DNA of 64,000 nucleotides, taken from contig JBHGNT010000015.1 in NCBI GenBank assembly GCA_043228905.1, positions 16,678,001 through 16,742,000 of the forward strand, read 5' to 3'. A program made the position numbers and the translations under genes. A model generated the notes under the pieces. The model had not been told where the DNA came from. It worked only from the letters and a program-made list of their open reading frames with translations, and did not search any database. Positions 12,484 through 26,292 of the stretch are shown here, one piece after another (position 1 is the stretch's first letter; each line of letters begins with the position of its first letter). Origin of the DNA: Azolla caroliniana. Its lineage: Eukaryota; Plantae; Polypodiophyta.

Positions 12484-15400
12484 TATGCACATAACACACA
12501 TCTATTCCGCTACACAAGAATCATACCCGATTCTTTACATTGTATCAGAGTGATTTGGTAGTTCGATCTAGCCCATTCGCCTCATCGTGATCGTGTGTTG
12601 TGCTCCACGCTGACGACCAAGAACCGGCTCATCGCTATCGTAGCTTCGCTACATAGCTCACATTCGAAGAGAGAAGAAGAAGAAGAAGAAGAATCGACAT
12701 AATGAATACGCAAATGGGGAGCGCTCTCTCTACCGAGAAGTTGGATCGAAACAACTTCGCATCTTGGGAGTACAATATGCACCAATACCTTGTCGGACAA
12801 GGCTATTGGAGCTACATCAAAGGAGCGCATGAAGACCGACCCGCCGAAGCAGCTCCTGGATACGCGACATGGGAGCCAGCCCCAAGCCGCGTGATGTATT
12901 GCTTGGCGAGATGTGTTCACGATCACATGCTCGGCTATCGTGAAGCCAAGACGCCGAAGGAGGCATGGGAAAATCTACGAAAGATTTTCGCAGCGAACAC
13001 AACCGCAAGAAGGCTTCAGCTCCGCCAAGAGTTGAACACCATTCAACAAAGGGACATGTCCATCACGACATACACCTCGAAGATCAAGGAGCTTTGCGAT
13101 TCCCTCGGCTCAATAAGCGTAAATATCAATGATGATGAGATGGTTCAAATATGCCTTGGAGGCCTCGTACCACGGTTCGGCGCGATGCGAACCGCCGTTC
13201 TAGCACGGGAGAAATCTCCCTCCTTGTTCGAGCTCCCGTCAATGCTATTGGTCAAATAAAATCACGTGCATACAAGGAGCAATGAGTCGGAAGGCCACAT
13301 GATCTACACGCACTCGAACGGAGGAACAGGACACGGACAGTCAAGAGGCCGATTCGGCCAAGGACAAGGTGGATGAGGTCCGACCTACAATAACAACTCC
13401 CAATTTCGGCCGCAAAACAGAAGCCAACGAGGAACCTTCGTAAGAATGGGGAGCTTCCACTCCGGCCCAAGCCGTCAAAACGCAACCGAATGCGGATATT
13501 GCGGAAAGCTCGGCCACCACGAAGAAGAGTGCCGAAAGAAGATGCGTGAATCCGTTTCCACAAGCCGACAACTCACGAATTATGCGCACAATTCCGACTA
13601 CGAAGAGTATAGCGGAATGTACAGGAAGAACTCCAACTACGAAGATCGTGGCGGAATGTATGCACGCAACTCCAACCGTGGTGGAATGTTCATCATGAAA
13701 CATAGAGCAAACTCTATGTCGGCTTCTACCTCAACTCGTGCCCTGAATCTGAAAGAGGTATGGTTTGTTGACTCCGGAGCCTCAAACCATATGACATCCC
13801 ACAAAGAATGGTTTCTTGAACTTCAAGAGCCGAAGCGATGACACTACGCACCCGATTCGGCAGATTGACAATGTTCCATTCGGCGAAAGAGGTAAGCAAA
13901 CATACATTAAAAATGTCTTGCACGTTCCCACCGGCACGAAGAATTTGGTCTCAGTCGGCCAAATGGTTGAGCAAGGGATGCAAGTAAGATTCGACCAAGA
14001 AGGGTGCTTCATCGAAAAAGAAGGCCAAATCATCGCACGCGGAAGAAGAGAGGGCCGGATGTTCATTCTCAAATCACACGAGATAAAATCTGCCATGTTC
14101 GCGAAAAGCACAAAAGCCGACTCTGACATAGAGCTATGGCACAAGCGAGTCGGCCACATCAATCTCAACAAACTCAAAGCAATGAAATCGAAAGGAGTCG
14201 TCATCGGACTCCCGACATTCAAAGAGAAGGAGATTGAAGGTGTATGCGAAGCATGCCAATTCGGCAAGCAACACCGACACCCATTCCCGAAAGAGCGGAA
14301 CGTGAGCAAAGGTCTACTTGACGTAGTCCATTCCAACGTATGGGGACCGGCGCAAATGGCTACATTTGGCGGATGCCGATATTACGTGCTCTTCATCGAC
14401 GACTTCTCCAGGCACCCTTGGATCTACCTGATGCGGCAAAAGAGCGAAGTGTTCAGACACTTCCAAACATTCAAGAATGAATTCGAGAAAGCCACGGGCC
14501 GACATGTACGTTGTCTTCAATCGAATGGCGGCAAGGAGTACTTCTCTAATGATTTCATGACGCATCTTCAAAAGGAAGGAATTCGGCGAGAATTCACTTG
14601 CCGACACACTCCGCAACAAAACAGAGTAGCCGAGCGCAAAAATCGGCACATCCTCGAAGTAGTGCAGGCCATCATGAACGAGAAGCATATGCCCAAGTCA
14701 TATTGGGCCGAAACTGCAAATACGGCCGTCTACCTAATGAACCGGTGCACAACATCCGGCGTGCACGAGGTCACTCCGCACGAAAAATACTTCGGAAAGA
14801 AGCCAGACTTATCGCATGTTCGGATATTTGGCTCCATTACGTACGTGCACATCCCCGACGAGAAGCATCAAAAGCTTGACCCAAAGTCAGAGAAATGTAT
14901 CCTCGTAGGATACACACTTGAGCAAAAGGGGTACAAGTGCTACAACCCCTCAACTCGAAAATCTCAAGTCGAGATGTCGTTTTTGATGAGTCCGCATCCT
15001 GGTACGCACCAGAGACAACTCCGACTCCGCTCAACCCAGAATCCACCGAACAAGAGATTGAGGATGAAGATCGCCTTACACGCATATTCGAAGAAAGTTC
15101 GATCATGACCTGACTCAGCGGACCATAATAGCCTTTGAGCGATCAAAGCACATCACGGCCTAGCCCAAAGATGGACAAAGGCAAGGCGAAAATGTCGGAA
15201 TACGAAGACGATCGCCTCGACGACGATGAGTCGACTCACTCACTCGACAGTGAGTTCGGCAGTTTCGAGGTAGCAATCGGAGCTAAGAAAGCCCTCATCT
15301 CTACAAATTAAAAGCTACGCCACTCCACCCATGAAAAGAATCCGGTCAGCCGATTCGGCTACAATGACTACATGGCATATCACTATGGCTTTATGATGAA

Positions 15401-17682
15401 GGTGGCGACAGTATGCGAACCGGAAACATTTTCCGAAGCAGCCAAGGATCCGCGATGGATCGAAGCCATGAACGAGGAGATGCAGGCACTACGCAAGAAC
15501 GAGACGTGGGATCTCGTTCCCACCTCACCATAAAAGAAGGCGATCGGTTGCAGATGGATCTACAAAGTGAAGTACAACGCCGATGGTTCCATCAACCGCT
15601 ACAAAGCGCGACTTGTAGCGAAAGGTTACACCCAAACTCATGGAGTTGACTACGAGGAGACCTTTGCCCCAGTGGCAAAGATGACGACAATGTGGACCTT
15701 AATTACGCTTGCCACGGCGAAAGGGTGGCACCTCCATCAAATGGACGTCAAGAATGCCTTTCTACAAGGCGAATTAGAAGAGGAGGTGTACATGATACAA
15801 CCACCCGGCTTCAACTCGAGCACCCATTCGAAAGTTGTATCCCAACTCAAGAAGCCACTCTACGACCTCAAGCAAGCACCGCGTGCTTGGCATTCGAAGA
15901 CAATGCAATATCTTCATCAAATCGGCTTCAGTATGTCAAAATCGGACAACTCCCTTTACATACGTAGTGATTCCGCAAGTCCGATCGTCATCATCTTATA
16001 TGTGGATGACCTAGTCCTTGGAGGTGAGGATCTCGTCGAAATCAATAAGTTCAAATCCCTCCTTTCCGACAAGTTCGAGATGATGGACATGAAGGAGCTC
16101 GACTACTTCCTCGGCATCGAGGTAATTCGGACTCCGGCCGGAATCATGATTTCTCAATGGCACTACTTCCTCAACTTGTTATACAAGTTCGGTATGGGGG
16201 AGGGCAAATCTGTAGCAACCCTGCTCGATCGCAATCTCAAACTCGATGCGAACTCCGGCACCAAAGCGTGTGAGCCGACTCAATATCGGCAACTCACTGG
16301 GAGTCTCATCTACCTCACGATCACACGACCCGATCTCAGTTATCCGGTCGGTCTCCTTAGCCAATTCATGCAAACACCGCGTGATACTCACTTGGATTGC
16401 GCTAAGCGAGTTCTACGATACGTGAGCGGCACAATAGATTGTGGCATCCTCTACAAGACCGCGATGCCAATACAACTCGAGGGGTACACAAACGCCGATT
16501 GGGCCGCCTACAAAGACGATAGAAGGTCAACCTCCGGATTTTTTTTCTCCCTCGGCAGCGGAGCAATATCCTAGAGTAGCAAAAAGCAGCCGACCATCGC
16601 TCTTTCGAATACGGAGGCGGAATACAGGGGCGTAGGCGTAACTGCGTGTGAAGCCGTATGGTATCCTAGAGTAGCAAAAAGCATCCGCCCATCGCTCTTT
16701 CGAATACGGAGGCGGAATACAGGGGCGTAGGCGTAACTGCGTGTGAAGCCGTATGGCTCAAGAGGATTTTGAAGGATCTGGGCGTACCCATCAAGGATCT
16801 GACTTCCCTTTACTGCGACAACATGAGCAGTATCTATCTGGCTCGGAACCCGGTGTTCCATACGCGGACAAAGCACATCGAAGTGCACTATCACTTCATC
16901 CAAGAGCGTGTTCTAGCTGGCGATGTCAACCTACAACACATTAGCACAAATCTTCAAACGGCTGACATCTTCACTAAAGCCTTAGGAGCCGACAAGCTGT
17001 GGCAATTCATGACCGATCTCGAATTGATGATCCCTGACCTGCCAAGCTTAAGGGGGAGTACTGAAGATATTATGCAATAACGTGTGGATTACGCAACCAT
17101 GCAACGAAGCCGCGAAGAGTCGATCTACCGTGCAAAGTCGCGAAGAAAGACGCAAGCCGAAGCACAGCCTTCGCAACTACGCACAATGCAAGCTAGAGCA
17201 CAGATTCCGCAACTCCGCATAAATGTGAGTCGACACGGACTCCAGAACGCGAGTCAAAGCGAATTTCGGATACCAACCCGACTTGAGCTTGAGGGGGCGT
17301 GTTGAGAATCAAGCTCAACTTGGTCTAGTGTGTGAACTCACCTTGAGAGTGAATAGACACTCCAACGGTCAAGAGTCACCATTAAGTCACCACTTTGTAT
17401 TCTAGCATTTAGTATGAGTCATAGAATCATATTCTATGACACATAATTTATGAGCTTTCACATTCCCCATGCTCCATGAGTCTTGTAGTTAATGAAGAGA
17501 GAGGGTGACTATATAAAGCACCCTCCTCCCACCTTGTATGAATTGAGTCTTTCTCCTTTGTTAATACAATCTACTTTGCATATACTCTGTGTGTGTGTCT
17601 CTCTCTCTCTCTCTCAGACACACACATACGCACATAACACACATCTATTCCGCTACACAAGAATCATACCCGATTCTTTACA
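12164..17682 (+). mobile_element. Copia LTR retrotransposon B inserted in A's integrase
   Basis: LTRs 12164-12539 and 17300-17682 (TG...CA), TSD ATTCA, PBS T(T)GTATCAGAG 12540-12550 (tRNA-iMet), PPT GAGGGGGCG 17291-17299. Confidence 0.95.
12702..17080 (+). pseudogene. Copia gag-pol of B (disrupted)
   Basis: gag, CGYCGKLGHHEEEC, WFVDSGASNHM, IN core, RYKARLVAKG, YVDD, RTKHIEVHYH; several stops and frameshifts. Confidence 0.92.
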
Positions 17683-17687
17683 ATTCA

Positions 17688-18751
17688 AAGCACCAACAAT
17701 GAGAACCGGGAACCGGTACGTGATTGTCGCTACGGATTATTGCACAAAATGGGTGGAAGCCAAAGCACTACGTGACAACACCGCGGCATCCACAACAAAT
17801 TTTTTATATGAATACATCTGGTGCCGGTATGGATGTTCGATAGAGCTAATAAGTGACCAAGGTGGGCACTTTTTAGGGCAAGTAGTGGAAAGTTTGACGA
17901 AATTCTATGCGGTGGTGCACAAACGGAGCACTCCCTATTATCCGCAAGCCAACGGATTAGTGGAGTCAACAAATAAAACACTATAGAACATCCTTCGAAA
18001 AATCGTCAATGAGAACCAGATAGATTGGGATACAAAGCTACACAGTGCACTATGGGCCTATCGAATAGCATATAAGACAAGTATCCGCACAACACCGTTT
18101 CGCCTAGCATTCGGATCAGAATTAGTCATGCCGGTCGAGTTCCAAGTACCGAGTTTACTAATACAAATTTGGGAATGCCTAAATGAGAAGGAATTGGAAG
18201 CGATCCGGTTAGCCGTGTTGTGCAAATTAGAAGAACACCGGCTAGCCAGCATCATGCACCTAGAACTTGAGCAACGGCAAAGGAAAGCGTTCGTGGATCA
18301 TCACCGAAAAGGGAACGAAAAGATGTTCGGAATCGGTTAGCCGGTACTAGTATTCCAGACCCGGATGGGTAAGATGCCGGGGAAGCTACGGTTTCGGTGG
18401 ACTGGACCATGCTGGATCACGCGTGAGTTCAACGGTTCCTACTAGTTAGGGACACTCGTCGGCGAGGTTTTGGGTAAATGGGTCAATGGGTTCCGACTCA
18501 AACCATACAATGGACCCATGCCAAGAAACCCATTTGAACAAGTAAAGACCAACATAGAACTGGACACCGGTAAGTTGGAAGAGACCGCAACACGTGTAGC
18601 AATCGGCAAGCACGAAGCCGGTAAGAGGGAGCACGAGCCGGCAAATGGCAAGAACGACGCGACGGCAAGTAGTCTAGCGGCCGGGAAGCCCCACAATTCG
18701 GATAGGGGTCCGAGGGACCGGATGCGAATTAACCAAACAGTTTTATTATAA
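17688..18751 (+). pseudogene. pol: pol of A, part 2 (integrase core and C-terminus)
   Basis: Resumes KAPT..YVIVATDYCTKWVEAKAL..SDQG..YPQANGLVE in continuity with GLDFVGPF. Confidence 0.9.
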
Positions 18752-19123
18752 AAATAAAAAAATAAAAAACAAAACAAATCAAATCAAAGTAAATCATGCA
18801 AGGGCGAGGTGTGAACGGACACATGCAAGAACAAGGAGTGACCAGGCACTTTGAAGAGGTACATAGTGGGCTATTAAAAGGGCATTAAACCGTTGCCACA
18901 TGGCACGACATTCTATTTTAGTACACGACGTGCACACGCGCGGGTAAGAAAAACAGGCGCCAACATGCAGAAAGAAAACCCCCACCGCATAAAGGTCTTC
19001 ACATTTCGCGAACAGAGGAGCACAAACGCAAACAGACGATTGAAGATCATCAGACGCAAGCCCACACACACACAGCCTCCTCAAACACATCCCTCACCAA
19101 CACTCACCGACCTCGAAGAAGCC

Positions 19124-21103
19124 ATGGACTGCCAAGCACTCTCTGAAGCAGCCAAGAAGTGGCTAAGGCAACACGGGTTAGAAGGGTTCCTCACGATCAT
19201 GGAGGCGCCACTGCACCGGGAGGCGGAGAAGATAGTAAAAGAAATCGACACAAAACTTATCACGGAGGAGGCCATCCATGCTATGATCGGCCTTCCAGAG
19301 GGAGACATCTTCACTATTGACAACCCTACCCCGGAGCAACTCCGAAAATATTTTGGCGAATACTCTCTGGCCAGCAAGGCCTACAGGACACAGGGCGGTG
19401 AAGATACATTATTTCGGGAGATTGCCCGTGTGCTCCATGAATTTGGACATGAATACCCTCGACCCTCGTGCATGCCTCAGAACAGAGCCGACCTAATCAT
19501 AGCAACGTATGAAGACGTGAAGGTGGACTGGCCGGTACTGATTGCGGAAGGCCTCTGTGCGGCCATCGACTCTGTAAGAGGCAAGGAGGGTCGGAAAATA
19601 TGGACTGTAGTGGCGCAATGGCTCACCCTATTGGTGCCACCTATCGAGCCCGCCAAGACCACGAAGCGGGGGAGAACAACCGACGGCACCCTGAAAACGG
19701 CTTCGAAACGGCAGCAATTGTTGGCCTCTAAGGCACCCAAAGGGAAGGCGGCTGACACGAACAAGGCAGCAAAAGAGCGCCCCAATAGGAAGCGGCAGGC
19801 GGAAACACAGGAGGAGACACCGGCACGGCCAATCAAGATCATATTGCACCGACCAGTTCAACAAGAGCCAGACCGCTTGGTAGCAAAAATCAACATCGGG
19901 ACTCAGGAGGAGGAAGCGGAGGAGGAATCATTAGAGCACCTCCAGCAGCGCCAGAAGACAAGCACCGCAGAACAGGCTCGGGAGCGTTCGGACCCAAAGA
20001 AGGATGAAACACCTCTACCCCGCACTGAGTACTCCGCACCAAGGGTGGAACCAGAACCGGTTCGGACAAAACTGGTCACAGAACTCCCTACACAACAAGC
20101 TATACCGGCGGATCAGGATACGGCAAGACCCGAAAGTCAAGCGTCGGCAGTACAATTGCCTCCCGCACCGGCAGGTCAAGAGAAATCAGAGGCAGAGCGA
20201 CCAATGGCGGTGCAACTGGAACCAGAACGGCAAGGTGGTCACCAACCAGAGACAGAGTTGCAGCTCGACGCAACCGGACAAGACCGACCACTGCCTAGCG
20301 GAACCAACAGCCAACCCTCCGTGCAAACGCAACAACAGGGTACCGGTAGCCAATGGCTCCAGTGGATTGGAGAACAGATTGCCGAAGTGGTGCACTACAT
20401 AGAGGAGGAAGAAAAAGCACAAATGGACCGGTTGCTAGTCACAACCGGAGAACTAGAGACGGCCCGGTCGAGGATCCGGAGCCTAGAACAAGACTTGGAC
20501 TTGGCCACAGAAGAATTGGCCAAAATGGCCTTAACTGGACCACAGATCCAAGCACCGGTGACTCTGGTAGATGTATAGAATAAAGACACACCAGCACCTG
20601 TACATAGCAATAAGACCCCGGAGATGGAACCAGTCCCGGAGACAGTGGCGGCGCAAGCAAAAGAGCTTGCCGAATTGAAAGATGAACTAGCCGCACAAGA
20701 AGCATTACGCACCCGAGAAAGGGACTTGAAGAAAGCGGCATAAGAAGAACAAAGAAAGACAGCTGAGAACCTCCGCTGGGTAGAAGAGAATCTGCGGAAA
20801 GGACATCAAGCATATGACCGGCTTAAGGAGGAGAAAGAGAAACTGTTGCAAGAAAAGGATAAGCTGCGACGGATGGCGGAAACGGAGAGTGAAATACTTA
20901 AAGAAGAACTCCTTCAACAGAAAGATCGGGAAGACCGCGCTCGCCGGCAACTCAACCAAAAGCTGAAACAGAAGACCAATGATTTTGAGCACCTACATCG
21001 AGACTATAAGTACCTGGATACGGAGCATAAGAAGCAGCAGGAGAAGATGGTGGAGCTCTGGAAGGAAGTTCATCGAGCCGAGACAGCGCTAGCAGAAGAA
21101 CGG
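19124..21103 (+). pseudogene. Extra 3' ORF of A (plant-transposon-type globular domain, low-complexity linker, coiled coil)
   Basis: gccATGG at 19124; one frame to 21103 with two point stops (20576, 20741); interrupted by C. Confidence 0.7.
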
Positions 21104-23047
21104 TGTCGTGAAGAAAACCAGCCACCAGCGGAATCGGACAAAAGGGCGCGTGAACCGGCTCACGCACGGATGGGCGCGTGAATTGATATTTTGATATTGA
21201 TTCATAAATGGACCGGCTGATGTAAATGCTAAGTAGTACATATTTATTAGGGGATTGTGCGTATCTCTGTCAGAAGGCACAGGGAATAAAGCGATTTGAC
21301 TAGGGAGAAAGGGCACCCCCTTTTGGGAACTATTTAAGGAGAGGAGAGAAGGGAGAGAAGGGCATTGCGCGTTGGGAAAGAGGAAGTGCTCCTATAGAAC
21401 GGAGTGTCGAGCTCTCTCTTCTCCTCCTCCGGTCGTCGGTCTCTATGGGTGTCGGGAGTTCGCTGCCTCTGCTTCGTTGACAGCCCGTGTGCTTCAAGCA
21501 GAGGCTCTCCCCCCTTTTTGATCCTGGAGTTGTGTGGCAGTCGTCTGTGTGCGTGAGTAGGACCCCGTGTCGGGCCCATTACCGGGTTGCCGGTTGTAAC
21601 TGTTCGAGTTGTAAGCTATTGATTTTAGTAATTGGATTCTTTTTTCTCGCTCTTAACTCTTCTCTGTGTATCTCTCTCTCTCTCTCCATCTCTCTCTCCT
21701 TGGTCCAAGACCCCCGTGGTCCCGCCTCTTTCTACATGCACACGCGTAACAACGCGACATATTTGGTGAACCCGACATGAACAGGCGGCAAAGGAGTCGA
21801 AAGATGAGGGGATCGGAGCTAGCAGAGGCAATGGCGGTAGCCGTCGACCGGCTGGTAAGCGCTCATGAGGGGACGGGTACCCTCAACAGAGCCATTGAAT
21901 CGATCGTTGGCACTATGGGCCGGTTCGGAGGGAAAGACGCCACAAGTTATTTGGAGGCTTACCGGGCCGAAATGATCGTGAGGGATATCCCGATGGACAG
22001 GCGGTTGTCCGGATTCCCTCAGGTGGTGACGCCGAGCATCCACACAGAGGTGCTCGAGGTGTTGGCCGGATGCCAGACTTGGGAGGAGTTCGAGCTGCAA
22101 CTCCTCGAGAAGTACGGGTTTAACGACTAGCTTCGGCTGTCGAGGAGGGACTTCATGGCGTGGGTGGAAAGCCCCGGAAAAAGGGAGGAACACGTCGGCG
22201 CTCCTCCAGGAGTTCGAAAAACGGTTCGCGCGGTTGTCGACGCTGGACCGGACCGTGCTCGAAACGAGTCGAGTACTACTGTTTGTCAAGTCGGTGGACG
22301 CGCTCGATAGGGAAAAGGTGGGTCCCCTATTGGAAACGGACGAAGGGCTCACGGCAGACTGGGCCGCGGTAAAACGGGTCTGAGCCGTTTCGACAAACGG
22401 CGCGATTGGAGTGACGGAAGCTCGTCGGGGTCAGGGCCGGTCCCGGGGAGGAGGCTCGAGGAGCCGGTATCGGTGCCGGCCAGTAGGAAGGAAGAGACCG
22501 GAATCTGGCTAGAGTTAGGGTCGGCATCGAATGACGTGGTCAGAGGCCCATCCGGAGGAGCGGCTCTGGAGGAGCTAACACAGATGGTGCGCGACCTGCA
22601 GATCGCACAGGCCCGGCGAGACAGCGGCGAACAACCTCGCGACCGGAGGCCGCCGGCTGGGCAGCGGTGCTATTATAGATCTAGGTACTAAAGTAAGCTT
22701 AAGATAAGGATAAAGAAATGAAAGATAGAAAGGAGAAAGAGAAAGAAGGGTGCCGATCCACCCGACCACCCCCGAGCGAAGGGATCGAGACGGACTCGAG
22801 CCTCGATCGGCGTCCCATACCACCGCCGTGGCGTCGAGTCGTACCTGGTGCTGGCGCGCTCGCTACAAGAGTTGACCCAGCACACGAGCAGAGTCTCGAT
22901 GTAGTCAAAAGATGATCAAATGAGGGTAGCTAGGCCTCTTATTTATAGCGAAACCCAAGGCCCCCAGGCAAGTTCACACTTGACCTAATGGGTTGTCTCA
23001 ATCCCGAGGATTAAAAGTAATCCTCCCGTTCTTTACACTCTCATTTA

Positions 23048-25259
23048 CTCGTTCTGTCTGTCCATCGGATTGAGGATGATCCGTGGAGCTCATGCTCAAC
23101 GTAGTTTCTAACTTCTTAAAGACTTGTGTCCAGAAGTCACTAGTAAACTTTGGATCTCGATCACTCACGATATCCATCGGTAACCCATAAAAACGAAATA
23201 ATTCGTCAACGAATTGGTAAGCCAATTCAGGAGCTGTTACCGTGGTTTTAGTAGCAATAAATCTGGCCATTTTAGTTAGTCGATCAACGACAACCCAGAT
23301 GGCATCATGACCTTTTTGGGTGCGAGGAAGGCTAACAATAAAATCCATGGATATACTTTCCCACTTATTATTGGGAATGTCCAGGGGATGTAAAAGTCCT
23401 GCGGCTTTAAGTCGCTCGGCTTTGTTAACCTGACACTGGTGACATTTAGTCACATAGCTATGTATGTCAGGACGCATCTTAGGCCAATAAAATTGAGTGG
23501 AGATGAGAATGAGTGTACGATGTATTCCAGGGTGCCCTGCTGAGGGTGCATCATGGCATTCAAAAAGAATCCTCTTTTTGACCTCGGGTAAATCTGGAAC
23601 ACAAACCTTCCCATTACGGTAGAGCAAACCGTTAGCAATGTGGAAGTATTCCTTCGAGGATGTGGTGGTGTCTGTTCCAGACTCAACTCTTGCCCAGTAT
23701 TTTGCGAAATAACTGTCATCAGGATACTTTCCTCGAAGGTGATCATAAAGATCTGATGATATTTCAGTGAAGCTAAGCATGTTAACTTCACGGATGCGAC
23801 TTAGTGCATCAGCGACAGTGTTCATGGAACCTTTACGATATCGTATGGAAAAATCAAAGTCCTGGATGAGATCAGCCCATCGTGCCTTACGACCTTTCAG
23901 GTCTTGTTGGTCACAAAAATATTTCAAGGACTCGTGGTCCGTAGTTACCACAAAGTGATTTCCATAAAGATAATGGCGCCATGTTTTGAGCTCATGTATA
24001 ACTGCAAATAATTCCTTTTCTTGAACGGTATACCGACATTGAGCAGAATCAAGTTTCTTACTCTCGAATGCTATTGGTTTACCATCTTGATACAAGACAA
24101 CACCTATAGCATAATCGCTTGCATCGGTTTCAACCTCAAAAGGTTTTGAAGGATCGGGTAAAAGAAGTGAAGGAGCCTTGCAAACCAGGTCCTTGAGTTC
24201 CTTAAAGGCAAGGTCTAGTGTAGCATTCCACACAATAGGTTTTGTAGACTTACGCGTTTGACCTTTTAAAAGATCAGTAAACGACGTCGTCAATTGGGAG
24301 TAATTACAAAGAGACTTTCGCAAAAACCCCACAAAACTAAGGAATGATCGAACTTCTCGAATATTCCGAAGAGTGGGCCAAAGCTTGATTTTCTCAATGC
24401 GAGAAGGATCAATTTCAACTCCTCGTTTGGTTATGAGATGTCCTAGATAAGTAATTGATTTCTTGAAGAACTCACATTTTGAGATCTTCGCATAAAACTG
24501 TTTGTCACGCAATGTTTGTAAAACAAAGCGGACATGTCTAGCATGTTCTTGTAATGTACGGCTATAAACTAAAATATCATCCAAGAAAATAACGACAAAT
24601 TTTCCAAGTTGTTCTCGGAAAATGTCATTCATTTCTTGTTGAAAAGTAGCCGGAGCATTGGTCAAACCAAAAGGCATAACCAAAAACTCGTAATGGCCAT
24701 AGCGCGTACGAAATGCCGTTTTAGGAACATCGTCCTCACTTATTCGTATTTGATGGTAGCCAGTACGGAGATCAAGTTTCGTAAAATACCGAGCTCCCTG
24801 GAGATGGTCAATTAGATCGTCAGCCCGGGGCAATGGATACGAATTCTTGATCGTCACTTTATTCAAGCGTCGGTAATTAATACACATACGCCATGTGCCC
24901 TCTTTCTTTTTAACCAAGAGAACTGGTGCACCCCCTCGAGATTTACTATAACGTATATAACCCATTCGTAAATAGTCCTTGAGTTGCTTAGATACCTCAT
25001 CTTCTTCGGATCGACTTAAGCGATACGGAGGTATACTTATTGGTGCAACACCAGGTACAATATCTATACGATGGTCTATATTACGTTTAGGAGGTAACCC
25101 ATCAGGTAGTTCACTTGGAAAAACATCATGAAAATCATTTAAGATTTCATCAAGTTGTTGTTGTTCAAAATATGTTGTAAACGTGAATGTCCGGATCAAG
25201 TACACAATAAAATAACGTAGAACAAGACAACTCGGATATTGATGGACACGAGGAAACAA
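23048..25259 (-). pseudogene. pol: RT-RNase H-partial integrase of G
   Basis: 753-aa ORF: [43 protein letters not shown], then deletion. Confidence 0.92.
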
Positions 25260-25800
25260 TCGAGAGGGATTGTTTTTTTACACATTGAATAAAATGCGTA
25301 CAATCGTTCAGTACAAAAGAAATGGAATGACGAACCCAATCAATAAATAAAGAAGAGTTTTTATTATAAAACCAGGGATAACCCAGTATTACATCGGTGG
25401 TACAAAGATTCATTACATGGAAGTCTACTTCCTCTATATAAGTATCAATAGAAATTCCTAATGAATGAATCGCCCCGTTGATGTATTGTACTCTTCCATC
25501 AGCCAAGTGCACCGTGTAGGTGTGATCACTTACGGTGGGTTGGATTCCCCATATCTGAACCAAACGATCATTCACAAAATTGTGTGAGCTTCCCGAATCA
25601 AATAAAAAGTGTACGGGAGATCCATTGATATACCCGTTTGCACGTAGTAAATCATTGGGACCCAATACATAGTGAGGGAAAGAACATTGACAATTACTTA
25701 AATGATGTGTATAGACCTGAAGGACATTAGGAATCTGACCTTTACGGTCTGCAGCTTTAGCTTTGTTGTCGTGCTCTTTCCGTTGGAGCTTTCGACATTG
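25165..25800 (-). pseudogene. Aspartic protease of G
   Basis: LFDSGSSHNF...DVILGYPW; frameshifted relative to RT. Confidence 0.85.
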
Positions 25801-26038
25801 ATCTTCCGTTGAAAAAGGGATGGTGACAACGCCATTCTCACAAAAATGTAAGGACGGCCACCAACATCCTTTTCCCGACCATGACAACTTTCGATATAAT
25901 CACGTAATAACGAATATACACATATGTTTACTTATCACATATATACGATCAAATACGTATATATGTGACCACATATGCCTATATTAAACATATCGTTATA
26001 GTAAATAGCCACAAATGATGTGATCGAGATACGTAATC

Positions 26039-26292
26039 GAGGTATATACCTCTACGCACACGAAACATCCACAAATAAGAGATCATTGTAATACACAATG
26101 GAGGTATTGACCTCTTACGCATACGAGACCAAACGCATATCGTTTACAACAAATCAAGGTATTAAACTCATACGCAAACGTAACATATGTTCGTGAACGT
26201 AATACGTAATTGAGGTATTAACCTCGTACGCATACGACACTCATCACATATTATTAATATGTCAAACGAGGTATTGACCTCGTGCACATATG
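26039..26292. repeat. Five about-25-bp palindromic repeats with 30-38-bp spacers in G's leader
   Basis: GAGGTATTRACCTCNTACGCAWACG-like units at 26039, 26101, 26156, 26212, 26268. Confidence 0.85.

Noticed and set aside
18893-21103. env gene
   Set aside because: No signal peptide or transmembrane segment is visible
26039-26292. Bona fide CRISPR array
   Set aside because: Eukaryotic retrotransposon context, no cas genes, degenerate repeats, and self-complementary spacers; kept only as a structured repeat
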